Shown here: positions 12,952-26,400 of the stretch, one piece after another
Layout: every line of letters begins with the position of its first letter
How positions within the stretch are numbered: position 1 is the stretch's first letter
NCBI GenBank assembly: GCA_039096225.1
Contig: JBBPEB010000034.1
Span: 806,001 to 870,000, forward strand
Direction: 5' to 3'
Source: Blastocystis sp. Blastoise
Taxonomy: Eukaryota > Protista > Bigyra: Opalinata
DNA length: 64,000 nt
Program-made: the position numbers and the translations under genes
Notes under the pieces: generated by a model
What the model was told of the DNA's origin: nothing
The model's input: the letters and a program-made list of their open reading frames with translations, nothing else
The model's database searches: none

Positions 12952-15900
12952 AGAATTGAATAGGAGAAAGCAATTCCATGTTGTAAATGTGGTCAGTTAT
13001 ATACTTTTGTGATACCTATTCTTGATACTAATAGTATATGCATAAATATATAATACTACTATAACATTATTTATAGTGTTTTATCATAATGTTACTAAAG
13101 AAGAAGAAGAAGCTATATATGACAAATACAAGTCTATATATAATGTATTATTATTATTAAATATAATGTTATATGGATATAGAATATTATGAGTTCATCC
13201 TCATATTATGGTTTAACATGCTCAGTATATTATTATTATTATTATACTTAATATATACATATATATATATATAATTACATATTATCTAGAATAACCCGAA
13301 AGATATAGACATAAGTTTTTATGTAGCTATTTTATCATTTTCTGGAATTTATCTTCCAAGAAATAGCAGACTTTACGTATATAATTTATAAATAGTCAAT
13401 ATATATATATGTATAGAAATCGATGATATGTGACTTATTTCCAGAATCTATTCTTTCATCTGAATATTTCTCTCGATGTATATATATATAACTATATATA
13501 TAATATTATATAATTAATAGTTTCATTATTAACAATGAATCAACAATATCAACTTTTATATACTCGAAACTTCATATTTATTCTTCTCAGAATTCTTCTA
13601 CATGTATGATAACATATTCATAATTATTCATTTACTCTTATTTGAATTATAAGTCTTATCATTCTTTTTTATTACATTATTATATAAATATATATAGTCT
13701 GGCTATATTCCATCACATTGTCTTTCTAATAGTACATTTCCTCATTTCCATGCTTATTCTACACAATTATACATTTCGATTAATGGCCTATGTCATGACG
13801 GTACTGAATTGACAGATCCATATGTGTGTCAGCATCCTATTAAACATTTAAATAAAACTTTAGAATATACATTTGATATACATTTACGATTAATTGAGGA
13901 TCTATTAAAATTTTATTATTTATGGAATGATAAAACATTATATAATAGAATGAAAGAGAAAGAGAATATTCAGAGAGATCGAGATATATTATATGTTGAT
14001 GAAAATGAAGTTGCGTTTAAATATATTAATATACCTATAGATGATTATTATAAAGAAGAATATCAACAATATATCCAAGATATGAAGAATAGTAAAGATA
14101 TATATTCAGAATATATAAAAAAAATGTCAACAACTCTTCCTTTTCCTATGTTTAATAAAGAGCATAAACATTCTATTTTTGATTATGATCAATATGGATA
14201 TATATTTGAAAGGTATAGATTTCGATATATAAATATACTTCATTGTAGAAATACAATATTACAACCTTCAATTAACAATAGAATTCGTACTCCTTATGAT
14301 GATTTTAATAATATATTTATACCTAATTTAGAAATTAATACTTGTGAAATTGATCAATATAAATTAGATCATGATATAAAAAATATAGATATTCAATCAA
14401 AGTTAAAAGATACTGAATTTATTTTTATAGAAAACTCTAATAATAATGATTTCTATTTAGATATTTTACAACAAATGATGGAAGATCTTTATTTATATTA
14501 TGAAGATATAATGTGTAACAATAAGCAAAGTAATATACGATATATATATTTACTTATAGCAAGTATATTCTATAATTTACCTCATTATGATGATTCTATT
14601 TATCCAATTGAAATTTCAACTGCATACCCTCGATTATCATTATTATATACAAAACCAATTGGATATCATGAAATTATCAAGTATTGTTATGTGATGGAAG
14701 ATCTATTATTATTTAAACCTTTATTAACTCAAATGACTCAAAATTATATGTCTATTTTTTCAGAAGAATCATTATTATCAATTATTAATAATAATTATAC
14801 AAGTTTCTCTAAACAAGATTCAAATAGTAACAATAACAAACTATTACAATGTATTAATATATCAACTATAATTAAGAAAGACTGTTCTACTTCTATTGAT
14901 ATTACTAGTGATGATTATTATTATTTTATTTATTTCTATTTAATTATTACAATTCATATAGAACTATCAAAATTTACTGTTTTAAATGATCCTAAATATC
15001 AATATAATCCTGATTATCCAATTATTTGGGATCAAAACAAAACAATGAATATACAAAAAACAAATAATACAACTAATAATATAGATGACAATAAAAATGA
15101 AAAAGGAAAAGAATTAAATGAAGTAATAAAAGAAAATGAGATGAATTTTGAATCAGCTTACTCTTATAATAATTTCTTTAATCCTTTAAAAGTTATATTC
15201 CTTCAGTTGACACCAAAAGTATTTTCAGATGCAATAATAAATTATTATAATACTCGAAAATATCCATTTGTTATACAAAATGATTATTCTTCATTTTTAA
15301 ATTTGGTAACTAATTATGTGGAAAATCAAACATTTAGGTTTAAATCATATCATAAGATTCCATTATATTATTCAACTATAGAAATATCTTCAAAAAGTAT
15401 TCTTGAATATTTACAATTGTTCTTTGAAATCTATGATATTGATACTAATGTATTTAATAGTTATAATTTTATAAATCAATTATTAATTCAAAAGTTATCA
15501 TTTAAACAACTTTTATCATCATATACTATTGATCCATGTATATATATATCAATTATAATTACATATTTCTATATATATTTTTTTATACTTTTAATAATAT
15601 TCTTTATAGTATTTGTTGATTATCAGTGTATATTAATTGGTTTACTTGCATCATATTCAGAGACTGGTCCATCTTATATACATGAACTTAATTTATGTTC
15701 AATAGGATCACCTAATTCTGACGCTGTAACTAATAATACTCTTGCAAATGATATCAATTCATTTAAATCTATTAATGGAGAAATTAAAAATTATCTAAAA
15801 AGTAAATTAGAATATATTCATCCATATTTATCAGATCATAATTTAAATCAATTAACACACAGATCAATCATTATTAAACCTAGAAATATAGCTAAGGAAT

Positions 15901-17515
15901 TTATTAGTTATTTATTTTGTCATTTTCCACTTGGAAATAATAATGGTAAGTGATTTTTATTTTTTCTTTCTTACATATATATATAGAAATGACATTTTTA
16001 TTATATAAACATTTCAAAGAGTTATATCCAGTTATGTATAAGAATAATAAATTAATTATTTTACTTCAATTAATGGTACTTATTCTTCATAAAGATTGTT
16101 GTATATATATATCTTATCTACATTATATATATATATATATAGTAAAACATTTATTTCATGAATATCAGACAGCTCTTGAATCTGATATATGTATAGTTTT
16201 AATTATAATTCTTATTATTAATATATAATATACATAGTCAATTTTCAACGTGAATTAGATGGAAATGGTAACATTGATGAAGATATTTTCACATTCTTTT
16301 CAATTGTTAAAGAATGGGAAAGACGTGAAATATATGTATATGAAGAGATTCCTTATGAAGAAGAAATAACGAATATGTTATTAGCAAAAGGAGTATTATA
16401 GATATTTTATAATACTAATAATTATATATATATAGATTACGTATACTGTTCAACAATTATCTGTTCCATTTATGAGATCGTTATGTATATATATATATAT
16501 ATATATATAATACACATCATTCTGTAAAAATATCAAATCTATTTCTCTATATATATTTCTATATATAGATTTATTAAATATTATTCTGTCTCCTTCTTTT
16601 ATTCCTTCTTCTGATATTTCTATTCCTACCTCCTTCTCTTCTTTATATACATCCCTATCTCTATCTTCTTCTCCTTCTATTTTATCTCTATTAAAAAAGG
16701 AACCATGTGATTTTATTACTAAAGAAATATTGGATATCATCAATTTTGATGTATTAAAGTATATATAATTATTTAAAAATATATCTATTTTAAACATTCA
16801 TATTTTTATAGATTATTTGAAATACCTTATTATTTCTTCATATTAGATTTTGATCTGAGTTTCAAACAATGTGAATTCCCACTTTTAAATAAATTAGTAT
16901 GTTTTCTTTATAATACTATACTCTATTTTATATTTATTTATTAGTTTTATTTATCTGAAAAAGAAATAAAAGATCTTTCTAAGAATTGTGTTTGCAATCA
17001 ATGTAATAAAAAGAATAATCAAATGATATGTATGTGTGTTGCTTGTGGACAAACAGTATATTCTATATAATCATTATTTATAAATTTTTATATTATTTTT
17101 ATCATTTTACTAGGTTTGCTATTCATGTCAGCAAAATAGACAATGTATAAAACAATACTTAAATGATGACACTAATTTTTGTCATTGTTGTATTTTCATT
17201 CAACTATATAGTGGAACAATATATTATTTTGGAAGTGAAAAGTGGTATATAATACTTGGAAATCTGTAAGTTGTTATATATATATATTTTTAATTATAAA
17301 ATAATTCTTTCTTTTTTTTATATAATACATTATTTACTATTATTCTTTTTTATAGTTATGATTTAGCACATTCCTTATTATTAGAAGATATAGATATAGA
17401 AAAGAAGAATGAAAAAGAAATAAAAGAATTATCCATTCAAGTAATTACTTTACTTTTAAATAGAAATGATATTAGTCAACAAAATAAATATCTAAATAAG
17501 ATGTATGATCTTTAA
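8564..17515 (+). CDS. UBR1/PRT6-type N-end-rule E3 ubiquitin ligase (UBR box + RING-H2 + C-terminal Cys-rich domain), many exons, with a 1-nt frameshift in the UBR box as assembled
   Basis: UBR box ICDYFINEGDNYYICNTC..VFCKKC../NEANHV|GHDY..YCDCG..YCENH (8775-9015). Split RING CAAC (~12435)..SCNHPIHYTC (~12845)..PCCKCGQLYTFVIPI (~12975). C-terminal CVCNQC..CMCVACGQTVC..CCIFIQ (16985-17205). Stop TAA at 17513-17515. Confidence 0.8.
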
Positions 17516-17747
17516 TGTTTATAATATAAAATATATGTTTTTCTATTTTAATTGTTAATTTAAATTATTATGCTTATCTATATTAAATACATTCATTTTT
17601 ATTGTTTATTATTTTACTAAGTATTTTTATTGTTTTTTTAATAAGCTTTAAATAGAAAAGAATATATTTTCAAAGTCATATGTAATATATAAATAATTTA
17701 ATTATATATATATCTAATATTCAATGGCTAAAAAGTTATATTCTTTT

Positions 17748-17934
17748 CACTACCTTACCAATACTTCGTGACTCTTGTGGTGACTTGTTGTGATAATCTC
17801 TTTAAGTCACTTTAAGTCTGTTTTTTATGACTCAGTATAACAATATATGTTTTTTCATCAAAAACTATCAAAAGTGACACATTTCTTTGTGACAATTGTG
17901 GTGCCGTATAAAAAAGGCCTTATGGAATGCAGTG
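17748..17934. mobile_element. Possible degenerate CACTA/CMC-like miniature element
   Basis: Starts CACTACCTTACCA and ends TGGAATGCAGTG (reverse complement CACTGCATTCCA). Contains several internal GTGAC/GTCAC and TTGTGGTG motifs and is GC-richer than its flanks. No perfect 3-bp target duplication (ttt vs att). Confidence 0.3.
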
Positions 17935-18153
17935 ATTAAAAATATTATAATAATGAGTTTATAATATCACATAAAATACTTTTTATATATATAAAACAAA
18001 TTTTACCTTATTTGTGTTATATTTAGTTACAACATTCTTAAAAAATAAAAAAATCAATTTTATATATATAATTAATAAAAGCATTAAAAATAAAGTAGAT
18101 AAAAAAATTAAAAATAAAGTATATAAAAAATATATATATATACAAAAAAAAAA

Positions 18154-20122
18154 TTAGTTTTCTTTTATGAGTTTATAAGCCACTTTATTTTCTTGAATAA
18201 ATGGCGAATCCTTTAATTGTTGTTTATATATTTCTATTTGTTCATCTGAAATATTACAACCTATATAATATATTATTAATATAAACAACAATATATATAC
18301 AGAAATCAAAAATTAATTCTTTCAACTTAGGAATCTTTCCAATAGTAAGAAAATTGATAAGTTTTGATAATTGTTCTTCATCATAAATATCTATAAAAAT
18401 GAATATAGTATATTACTATTAAAAAAATATATACATATGTTTAAGCTTCTTATGTTTTGAGTTTTATTTTCATTTATACAATCAAACAATGTTTCTATTT
18501 CATATTCACTTATCACCTTATCTTTAGTACAAATAATTGTATTCATTAATGAATTACTATCATATTTACATCGAAAAATTGAAGTATTAGGATTATAAAT
18601 ATAATTAACATCATCAGTCATATCACTTAATCGGATAATAGTTGATGATGGAAAGTTGTTATTATTAATATAGTTACAAATTATTGTAATAAAAGAACTC
18701 CACCATTCTCTATTTTCACATTTATCTATATATACAGATATTATTTAATAAAAATAATTATTAAAAAATGATACGAATATATATAAATATACATGATTTA
18801 TTATATAAAATATTATTATTATTATTATTAATGAATATACAAATATTGATAAATTTTAATTTAGGGAAATTATCTGTGGTATATAGTTTGCAAAAATTAT
18901 CATCTGGTATATCATCAATTCCTAAATTAATATTTATAAAAATATTAGGATGAAATATATATTTAGTGTATTAAAATAGTATATCTATTTTATAAATACT
19001 TAGAATTAATCGAGTTGTATTATGGAAACAACCTTTAGGAATTAATCGATTAATAAAAGCCATAGTACAATCTAATAATAGTTAAAATTAATTAAATAAT
19101 TATTATTAATTAGATAAATAATTACAATCTATATTAACACTAGAAGCCTTAAGAATTATTTTCTCTACTAAATTTTCATATAGAGTTAAATAATCAAATG
19201 ATGAATCTTCTTCAATAGACTCTACTATATATATATGCATATTCAAATGTTTTATAATATAATATACAATTAATCGTTAATTCTTTAATAGTATTAAATT
19301 TATTATCATCAAAGAGAGTTGATATCCATGTTAAATATTCTATACTTATGGCATCATCAACTATAGATAGTATACAAAAAAACACTATATTTAATGAAAG
19401 AAAATACATGAAATCTCTAATTCATTCAAATGTTCTAATGTATCACTCTTTAAGAATCTCTCTAATGAATTTCTTTTATCAACTTCATCATGATCATCAT
19501 CTATAAATGAATACAATTATTATATATCAACAATAAATCTATTATAAAGATCAATAAATACCTATGAATGCTATATCTAGTTTATCAATATTTTGCTTAT
19601 TATTTTCAAAATAATCTATCATTTCGACACATTTAAAATCAGAAGAATAAACTTTATAGAATAGAGTAAATAAAATAATATATGTAAAAAACGAATATTA
19701 AATAAATATTTGATACTAGAAAGATTATCAACGGAAATAAAATTTTTAGTTAATAATTCTTTTAAATAAGGGAAATAATAAGCCAAATCATCTATATAAA
19801 AAGTAAATAAATATAATTAATTATATAATATATATATAATACAAATATCTATATTAATTATATCAATATAAATTGAATGAGTATATATTAAATCATCGAA
19901 AAGAAGAGCTATTTTCTCTTTGTCATTATAATCAATACTGTTAATACGAATAGTATCAATCATAGATATTAAATTAGCAGGAAATAGAGACTTAAAATTT
20001 TCAGTAGCTATATTTAAATAAATAGTTATTTATTAATAAATTAATATACTTATTAAAATTTCATAATTGATTATATGTAATTTTGGGAAACATTCTTTAT
20101 TTATTAAAGATAATTTGAAAGT

Positions 20123-20196
<74 letters not shown>

Positions 20197-21876
20197 TATC
20201 ATCATATATGAGTTCAGTAACATTTGGAAATACATGAGTTGTCATTATTTTGTAAAATAGATTATAATCAATTTCATTAGTCAATTCTCTAACTATATAG
20301 AATTATTATAATAGAAACAATATTAATAATAACTAGAAAATAATACTCCAATTAACATTTAATATAGTTAAAGAATCGAAAACATCTTCTAGAAATGCAT
20401 TAATAATAATTATAGATTCATATTTTGAGTCAATACCTAAAATAGAATATTAAGTATATTATTATATTTATTTACATAAATCAAATGCAATCTTTGAAAA
20501 TGACAAAAGTAAAGGAAGACGTAATAATTGAGATATACCCAATTTCGAAAATATTTTATTTATACTATTTGATATATATATATTTAAATAAATTCATATA
20601 TAAAATAATATAATTATATACCAAAATGTCTTATTATTTGTTTTTTCTATATAATAATATAAATATAAATGAATTTATTGTATATATATATACCATCATA
20701 TTCAATACTGACTTGATCTTTTAATATATATTCACCTGCAGTTTCATTAATTTCTAACTTTGAAATATCATTTGTATATATAGCTTCATTAATCAAATAT
20801 TCATATAATTTAGGTAATTTACTCTTTTGTCTTTTTCCATTATAAGAATTAATAGAATTATGTGAATAATGTGAATTATTAAGATTTAAAGAAGATATCT
20901 TATTATACTCTTTCATATCGGATTCACTGAAATATTCATATTTTTCTGAATCATCTATTTTATAATCATTTTCATTAAATAAACGAATATATTCCATTAT
21001 ATATTCATCACTATTTGGATTTAATAATAGTTCACTTTTCTTATAATGCGTAATTACTATATATATTAATATTATATATATTATTTTACTTATACCAGTA
21101 ATTATTAATGTTTCTAATGACGGGAATATATCTTGAATACATTTTGGACATATATATTCTAATGGAATATTTGAGGAGTAATCATCTATATATATTATTA
21201 TTATTATTATTTATATAATAATATAATATATATATATATATGTATATACATTCAATCTCCACTCTAATAATATTTATCATTTTAAAAAGAAGCGAATAAT
21301 ACAATAATTCATCTCTTCTTTTTGGTGTAAATAATCCTATATATATTATACTATTTATAAACAATAATATACTAATACCTTTTAAACACATTTTTTTTCT
21401 ATTCGAATTAAATAATTCCATAGGTATATATGATTGAGAATCTTTAATATAATAACCATATATATCTAAACTACTTTTTTTCAAGTATTCAATAAATAAC
21501 TCTTTAACATGAAATAGCAAATCACTTTGAATTTCATTATCAATCGTAACTGGGTAATCAACAAATATTTTATATATATCATAACTATCTCGCAGATTTA
21601 AAGAAGAAATATCCATAGTTTCGTCCATTAAAAAAGAAATCACTTTTTCAATGTGAAAAGGAAGCATATCTATATAATAGCTACCATCCTCATATTTTTC
21701 AGAGTGTTTAATGATATCATAAAAGGGTAATTGCTGATATTTCTCAACAAATTCTTTAGAAATCCATAATTTCGTTTCATCTTGAAATGTAAACAAATCT
21801 AGAAAAGTAAATAAATATTTCTTAGTGATATTCAAATACATTTATCATCAGTAAAATGAAATTCGGTGTCTGACAT
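18154..21876 (-). CDS. BTB/POZ-like + degenerate LRR-like family protein, copy C (complete, many exons)
   Basis: MSDTEFHFTDDK|YLFTFQDETKLWISKEFVEKYQQLPFYDII. Repeated LRR-like motifs FPNVTEL, FPKLHII and IPKLKEL. Last exon ends ..VAYKLIKEN-TAA at 18154-18156. Confidence 0.8.
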
Positions 21877-23409
21877 GACTCACTTTCAACTAAAATGATA
21901 AAATAATAATATACTCTTATGCTTAAAAGATACCTTTTATACGAATAATTAATAAATACTTCGAAATATGTTGTAATTAGCAACATATATGATGATTCAT
22001 TGAGATAAGCAAAGCATAAAACTTGCAACTTTTTTTGAATATTTTTCCTGAAAATAAACGAAAAATGAACTATTTTCATAAAAATATCCATGATTCTTTT
22101 TCAGTCATTTTTAATCTTTTTCTATAATTTTTTTCAGAAACAACTCATTATTCATTATTTACATCATATTATTAATTATTTTTGAAAATAAAAATTCAAT
22201 ATATGCTCATATTCAAGTATTGAATGTATATCTACATGACACTATCAAAAAGAGTTCTAATTCTATTCTTTAAATTATCAAAATAGAGTAAATTCTTATC
22301 GGCGATATCAAAATAATATTGTTAGATATAGCAAATATCAAATAGCTACAAATTATTTATTCTGTAACTCAAATTGAGATAGATGATCACACTTTCATCT
22401 TTATCTATTCATTTAAATGTCTTTAAAAGTCAAATTATGAATCTGTGTTTATGAAAAAGATACTACTAGATCTGAATTCTTCTATTCTAAAATGAAATCA
22501 CATTAAAATAATATACTTTCTTCAATAAACTTCTTATGATGTTCAAAATTATTGCTACTTATGTCTATCAAAGTTACAATCATTTTAAGCATTATTCAAG
22601 CATAAATTATTATATTTTAATTGAACTATATGAGAATTAATATTTTTTCTTTATACTTTTATTAAATAAAATATCATTAAGTGTACTTATTATATATTTA
22701 AATATAAATAACATGAAAAAATGAACTAACCATTATTCTTTATATTTTATTTTTATTAAAAATTTTCTATAACAATTCATATTAAAGTATTCTTAATATT
22801 TTACTATATTTTTATTGTTTCCATTTCTTATATATATATATCCATCAAATCTATTGACTATTCTATGATTATCAATATGATTTATAAATAAAACTATATT
22901 CTTCATATTATCATAATAAAAATGAAACTCTTAACTAGTTGAACTATCACTAAATAATTTATTAAGTATTATTCTGTTTGTAATATAATCATATAATCAT
23001 TTTTTTTATCTAGTTGCATATATATATCCATTCCCATATTATTTAATAATATTTTCCTTAATCATTATCATAATAATACATAAGAAAAAAATGTTTTTTT
23101 GACATTAAAAAGTCTCTCATAGTATTTATATATATATTATACATAATCCTAAGTTTCATTATAATAAGTTTTGAATAAACAAGAGAAGCTTTACATAAAA
23201 ATGTTCTAAAAATATTTTACACTGAATATTATCAATGATTAACTTTTTAAAAACAAAACTCACGCATAATATTATTAAATAAATAAATGCAGAAATAAAT
23301 ACTAATACAATAAATATATAATAAAAATATATATAGATAATCAAAAATATATAAACACATAAAAATTTAAAACAAAAAATAAACAATTAAAATTTAATAA
23401 ACATAAGAA

Positions 23410-26400
23410 TTACACAGATTTTAATACTTGAGTATACTCATTAATAAGAATATCATCAAACATATCTTCCATTTTTTGTCGAGTAGCACTACTAGTACCA
23501 TTACTTTGAGAATCTACTAAAAAGTCTTCATCAAATATATAATTATTACCTTCAACTCTTCTACCATCAAAAACATTATTATCAATTTCTTCTCTTAATT
23601 TATTAGCACTTAATAATATTTTATTACTTTTAATAGGCATAAAATGTACTTTAACATTACGTTTAACAATAATATCACATATTTTATGATACTGTTCATT
23701 CAAATCAATTCCATTAAAGGGATATACTAATTTACATTTTGGTAATAAATTATGCATAGGATCTCCACCACACAATAATAATACATGAGTATAACCAGGG
23801 AATTTATCAATTTCTTTTAATGCTTCTATTAAACCACCATTCACGTCTTTACAATTTGAACAACAACCATTACAAAAACCATTTCCTGTTCTTTTTTTAT
23901 TATTTAAAAAGTCATCAGAGAAATCATTTGGTTTACTCATTCCACTTGAAAGAATTGATAATTGATCATCATAATTACTATATTGAACAACTTGATAACG
24001 AATAGAAGCATTATTCTTTCCCAAAATTTCATTACGTCTTTCATCTAATTTCTTTAATACATTGCCAAAGAATTGTTTTGTACTATCATAATACTGATGT
24101 TGATTACCAGATGTGCATATAACAATAGATACAACTAAATTTGTAGGTGATTTTATATCTCTCCTTTCACATTCTTCTGTCTTTATATCTTGATCTGTAA
24201 AAGAAGACATATCTACTTTAGTATAATAATCAGGTATTTGTTCATTACTAAGATCAGCTGCATGAGATTCATTAGTTTCATTCAAATAATCATCAAAACT
24301 AAGTGACCAAATAACTGCATTACTTATCCAACGAGCAGTACCATCACTTGACCAATCACTATATAACTTACTAGCTGCTGTATCTATTACTATTCTACCA
24401 TAATTCTGATATGCATCTTTTATCATTACAGCAGCATGACCATTTTGTTCTCTTGCAAATGTTTTAAAACCACAATTTACTAATTCATCTTCATCAATAT
24501 TTGCTAATGTTACACCTTCAAATATTTTATTTAAACCATAATTAATAGGTAATCTACATTCTTTATTAAACAAATCTTCACCAATAGGAACAAATTGACC
24601 ATAACCTGGATCTTTATCATCATCTACTTTATCTATCTTCTTCTCATAAATCCAACCACGTCCTTCTATCTTCTCTTCAGTATCACATAACTCACTTATA
24701 TGATAAGGACCATCTTCATAATTAAAGAATTTACAAGCTTCAAAATCTAATGGAGAATTCTCTAACATAAACATAATACCACCACCATGAGCATGGAATA
24801 TATGTAAACATTTTATAAAACTATTCAAATAATTAAAATCACCTTGATGCTCTGGATCTCCTAAAACACCATCACCAGGACTACATGTAATAACTACACT
24901 TCTATATTTACCTGATCTTAATCGATCCATAGCATCAAAATAATCATATACTATATCTACTCTAAATCCTTTAACTTTTAATTTAGCTACAGGTCCTTTC
25001 TTTAAATTATCAACAGTAACATCAGGATCAACTTGATTTCCTTCTTCATCTATATTATTAGGTCTAGCAGTATATAAAACAACAAATAATACATTAAATT
25101 GATCAAAAGCACCATCTCTACCTAAATCATCACTTGAATTATCACCATTTTCATCATCATCTACTCCATCACCATTATTATTCTTCTTATTAGAATTCAT
25201 ATTTAAAAACTTAGCACGTCGTTGATATTCACCAAATACATCAATAACCTTCTTTATATCTGCTGGATGGAAAACATCATTGAATTTATTTTTTAATAAA
25301 TTTTCATAATATATAGTATCACACATATAATTACATATAGTATTAGGATTAGTAGTAGGTGTATGCATATTCTCTAAAGCAGTAGGAAGTTGATGTATAT
25401 CACTACACCATATAAAAGAAGGGAAAATATTCTCATAATCTACTATACTATATCCAATACCTATTCCTATAAAAGAAGTTTCACTACTTATAATTACATT
25501 CTTAATTTCTTTACGAGCTATTTCACAAGAAATACCATCAGTAAATACAAATTCCATACTTGAATAAGGACGACTATTACATACAGAAGTAGCTTGCTTT
25601 ATTACTTGATCTATACATGTAGAAGGAGTAGGAGAAGAGAAATGTTGGAATAAAGAAGAAAGAATTGTATATGTCCAGATTTCATAAGATTGTAAACCTG
25701 TTCCAATACAATAACATTTATCTTTTGCTATCCATATATCAACAGCTGATACAGATAATTCACTTAAACATCTTATAAATAATAATATAGTATGAATTGA
25801 ATGACGAATACTTAATATATTAAAAGAAGAACATTTACAATCTATTATTATACTAATAGAATAAGCACGAATCTTACCTCCTGACTTCTTCTTAAATAAT
25901 TTACCATTACCTGTTTTAGTAATTAAGAAATTAATATAATTTCTTAAATGAATTGATGTACCTGTAACAGAAGCAATCCAAGAAGTAGCTTTATTTGGAG
26001 GAAGAACACAATTATTCGTAGAATCATATAATAATTCCTTACTTATAATACTACTCATTTGATTTAATATTAATGTATTTCCTCCATTAGGAACATGTTC
26101 TAAATCTGTTTGAGCAACAGAAGGAAGAATAATAGTTTCTCCTGTTTTTTGGAATAAGCTAACTACATAAGGTATATCATAACATTTGTCAAGTTCTGAT
26201 AAACGAGATATTGTATTATCTTTTGTATCTTCTAGAGGAATAGATAATATAGATAATATATCTATTACTTTAGGTTTTACACTGTTTTTACCTGGATATA
26301 CTACTTCTAATTTATCTATATTTGATTCAAGTAATTCAGATGAATAAAACATATTTAACAATGAGTTAGCAAGAGGTTGAGAACATAAAGAAGCTATCTT

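Noticed and set aside
13809-15953. The 714-aa ORF as a stand-alone gene with a transmembrane segment
   Set aside because: It is a large internal exon (~13698-15537) of the UBR gene plus read-through of an in-frame AT-rich intron, which produces the false hydrophobic stretch.
22080-23400. Hidden gene or element in the 1.3-kb gap between copy C and the giant gene
   Set aside because: No consistent exon chain, terminal repeats or recognisable motifs found by eye.
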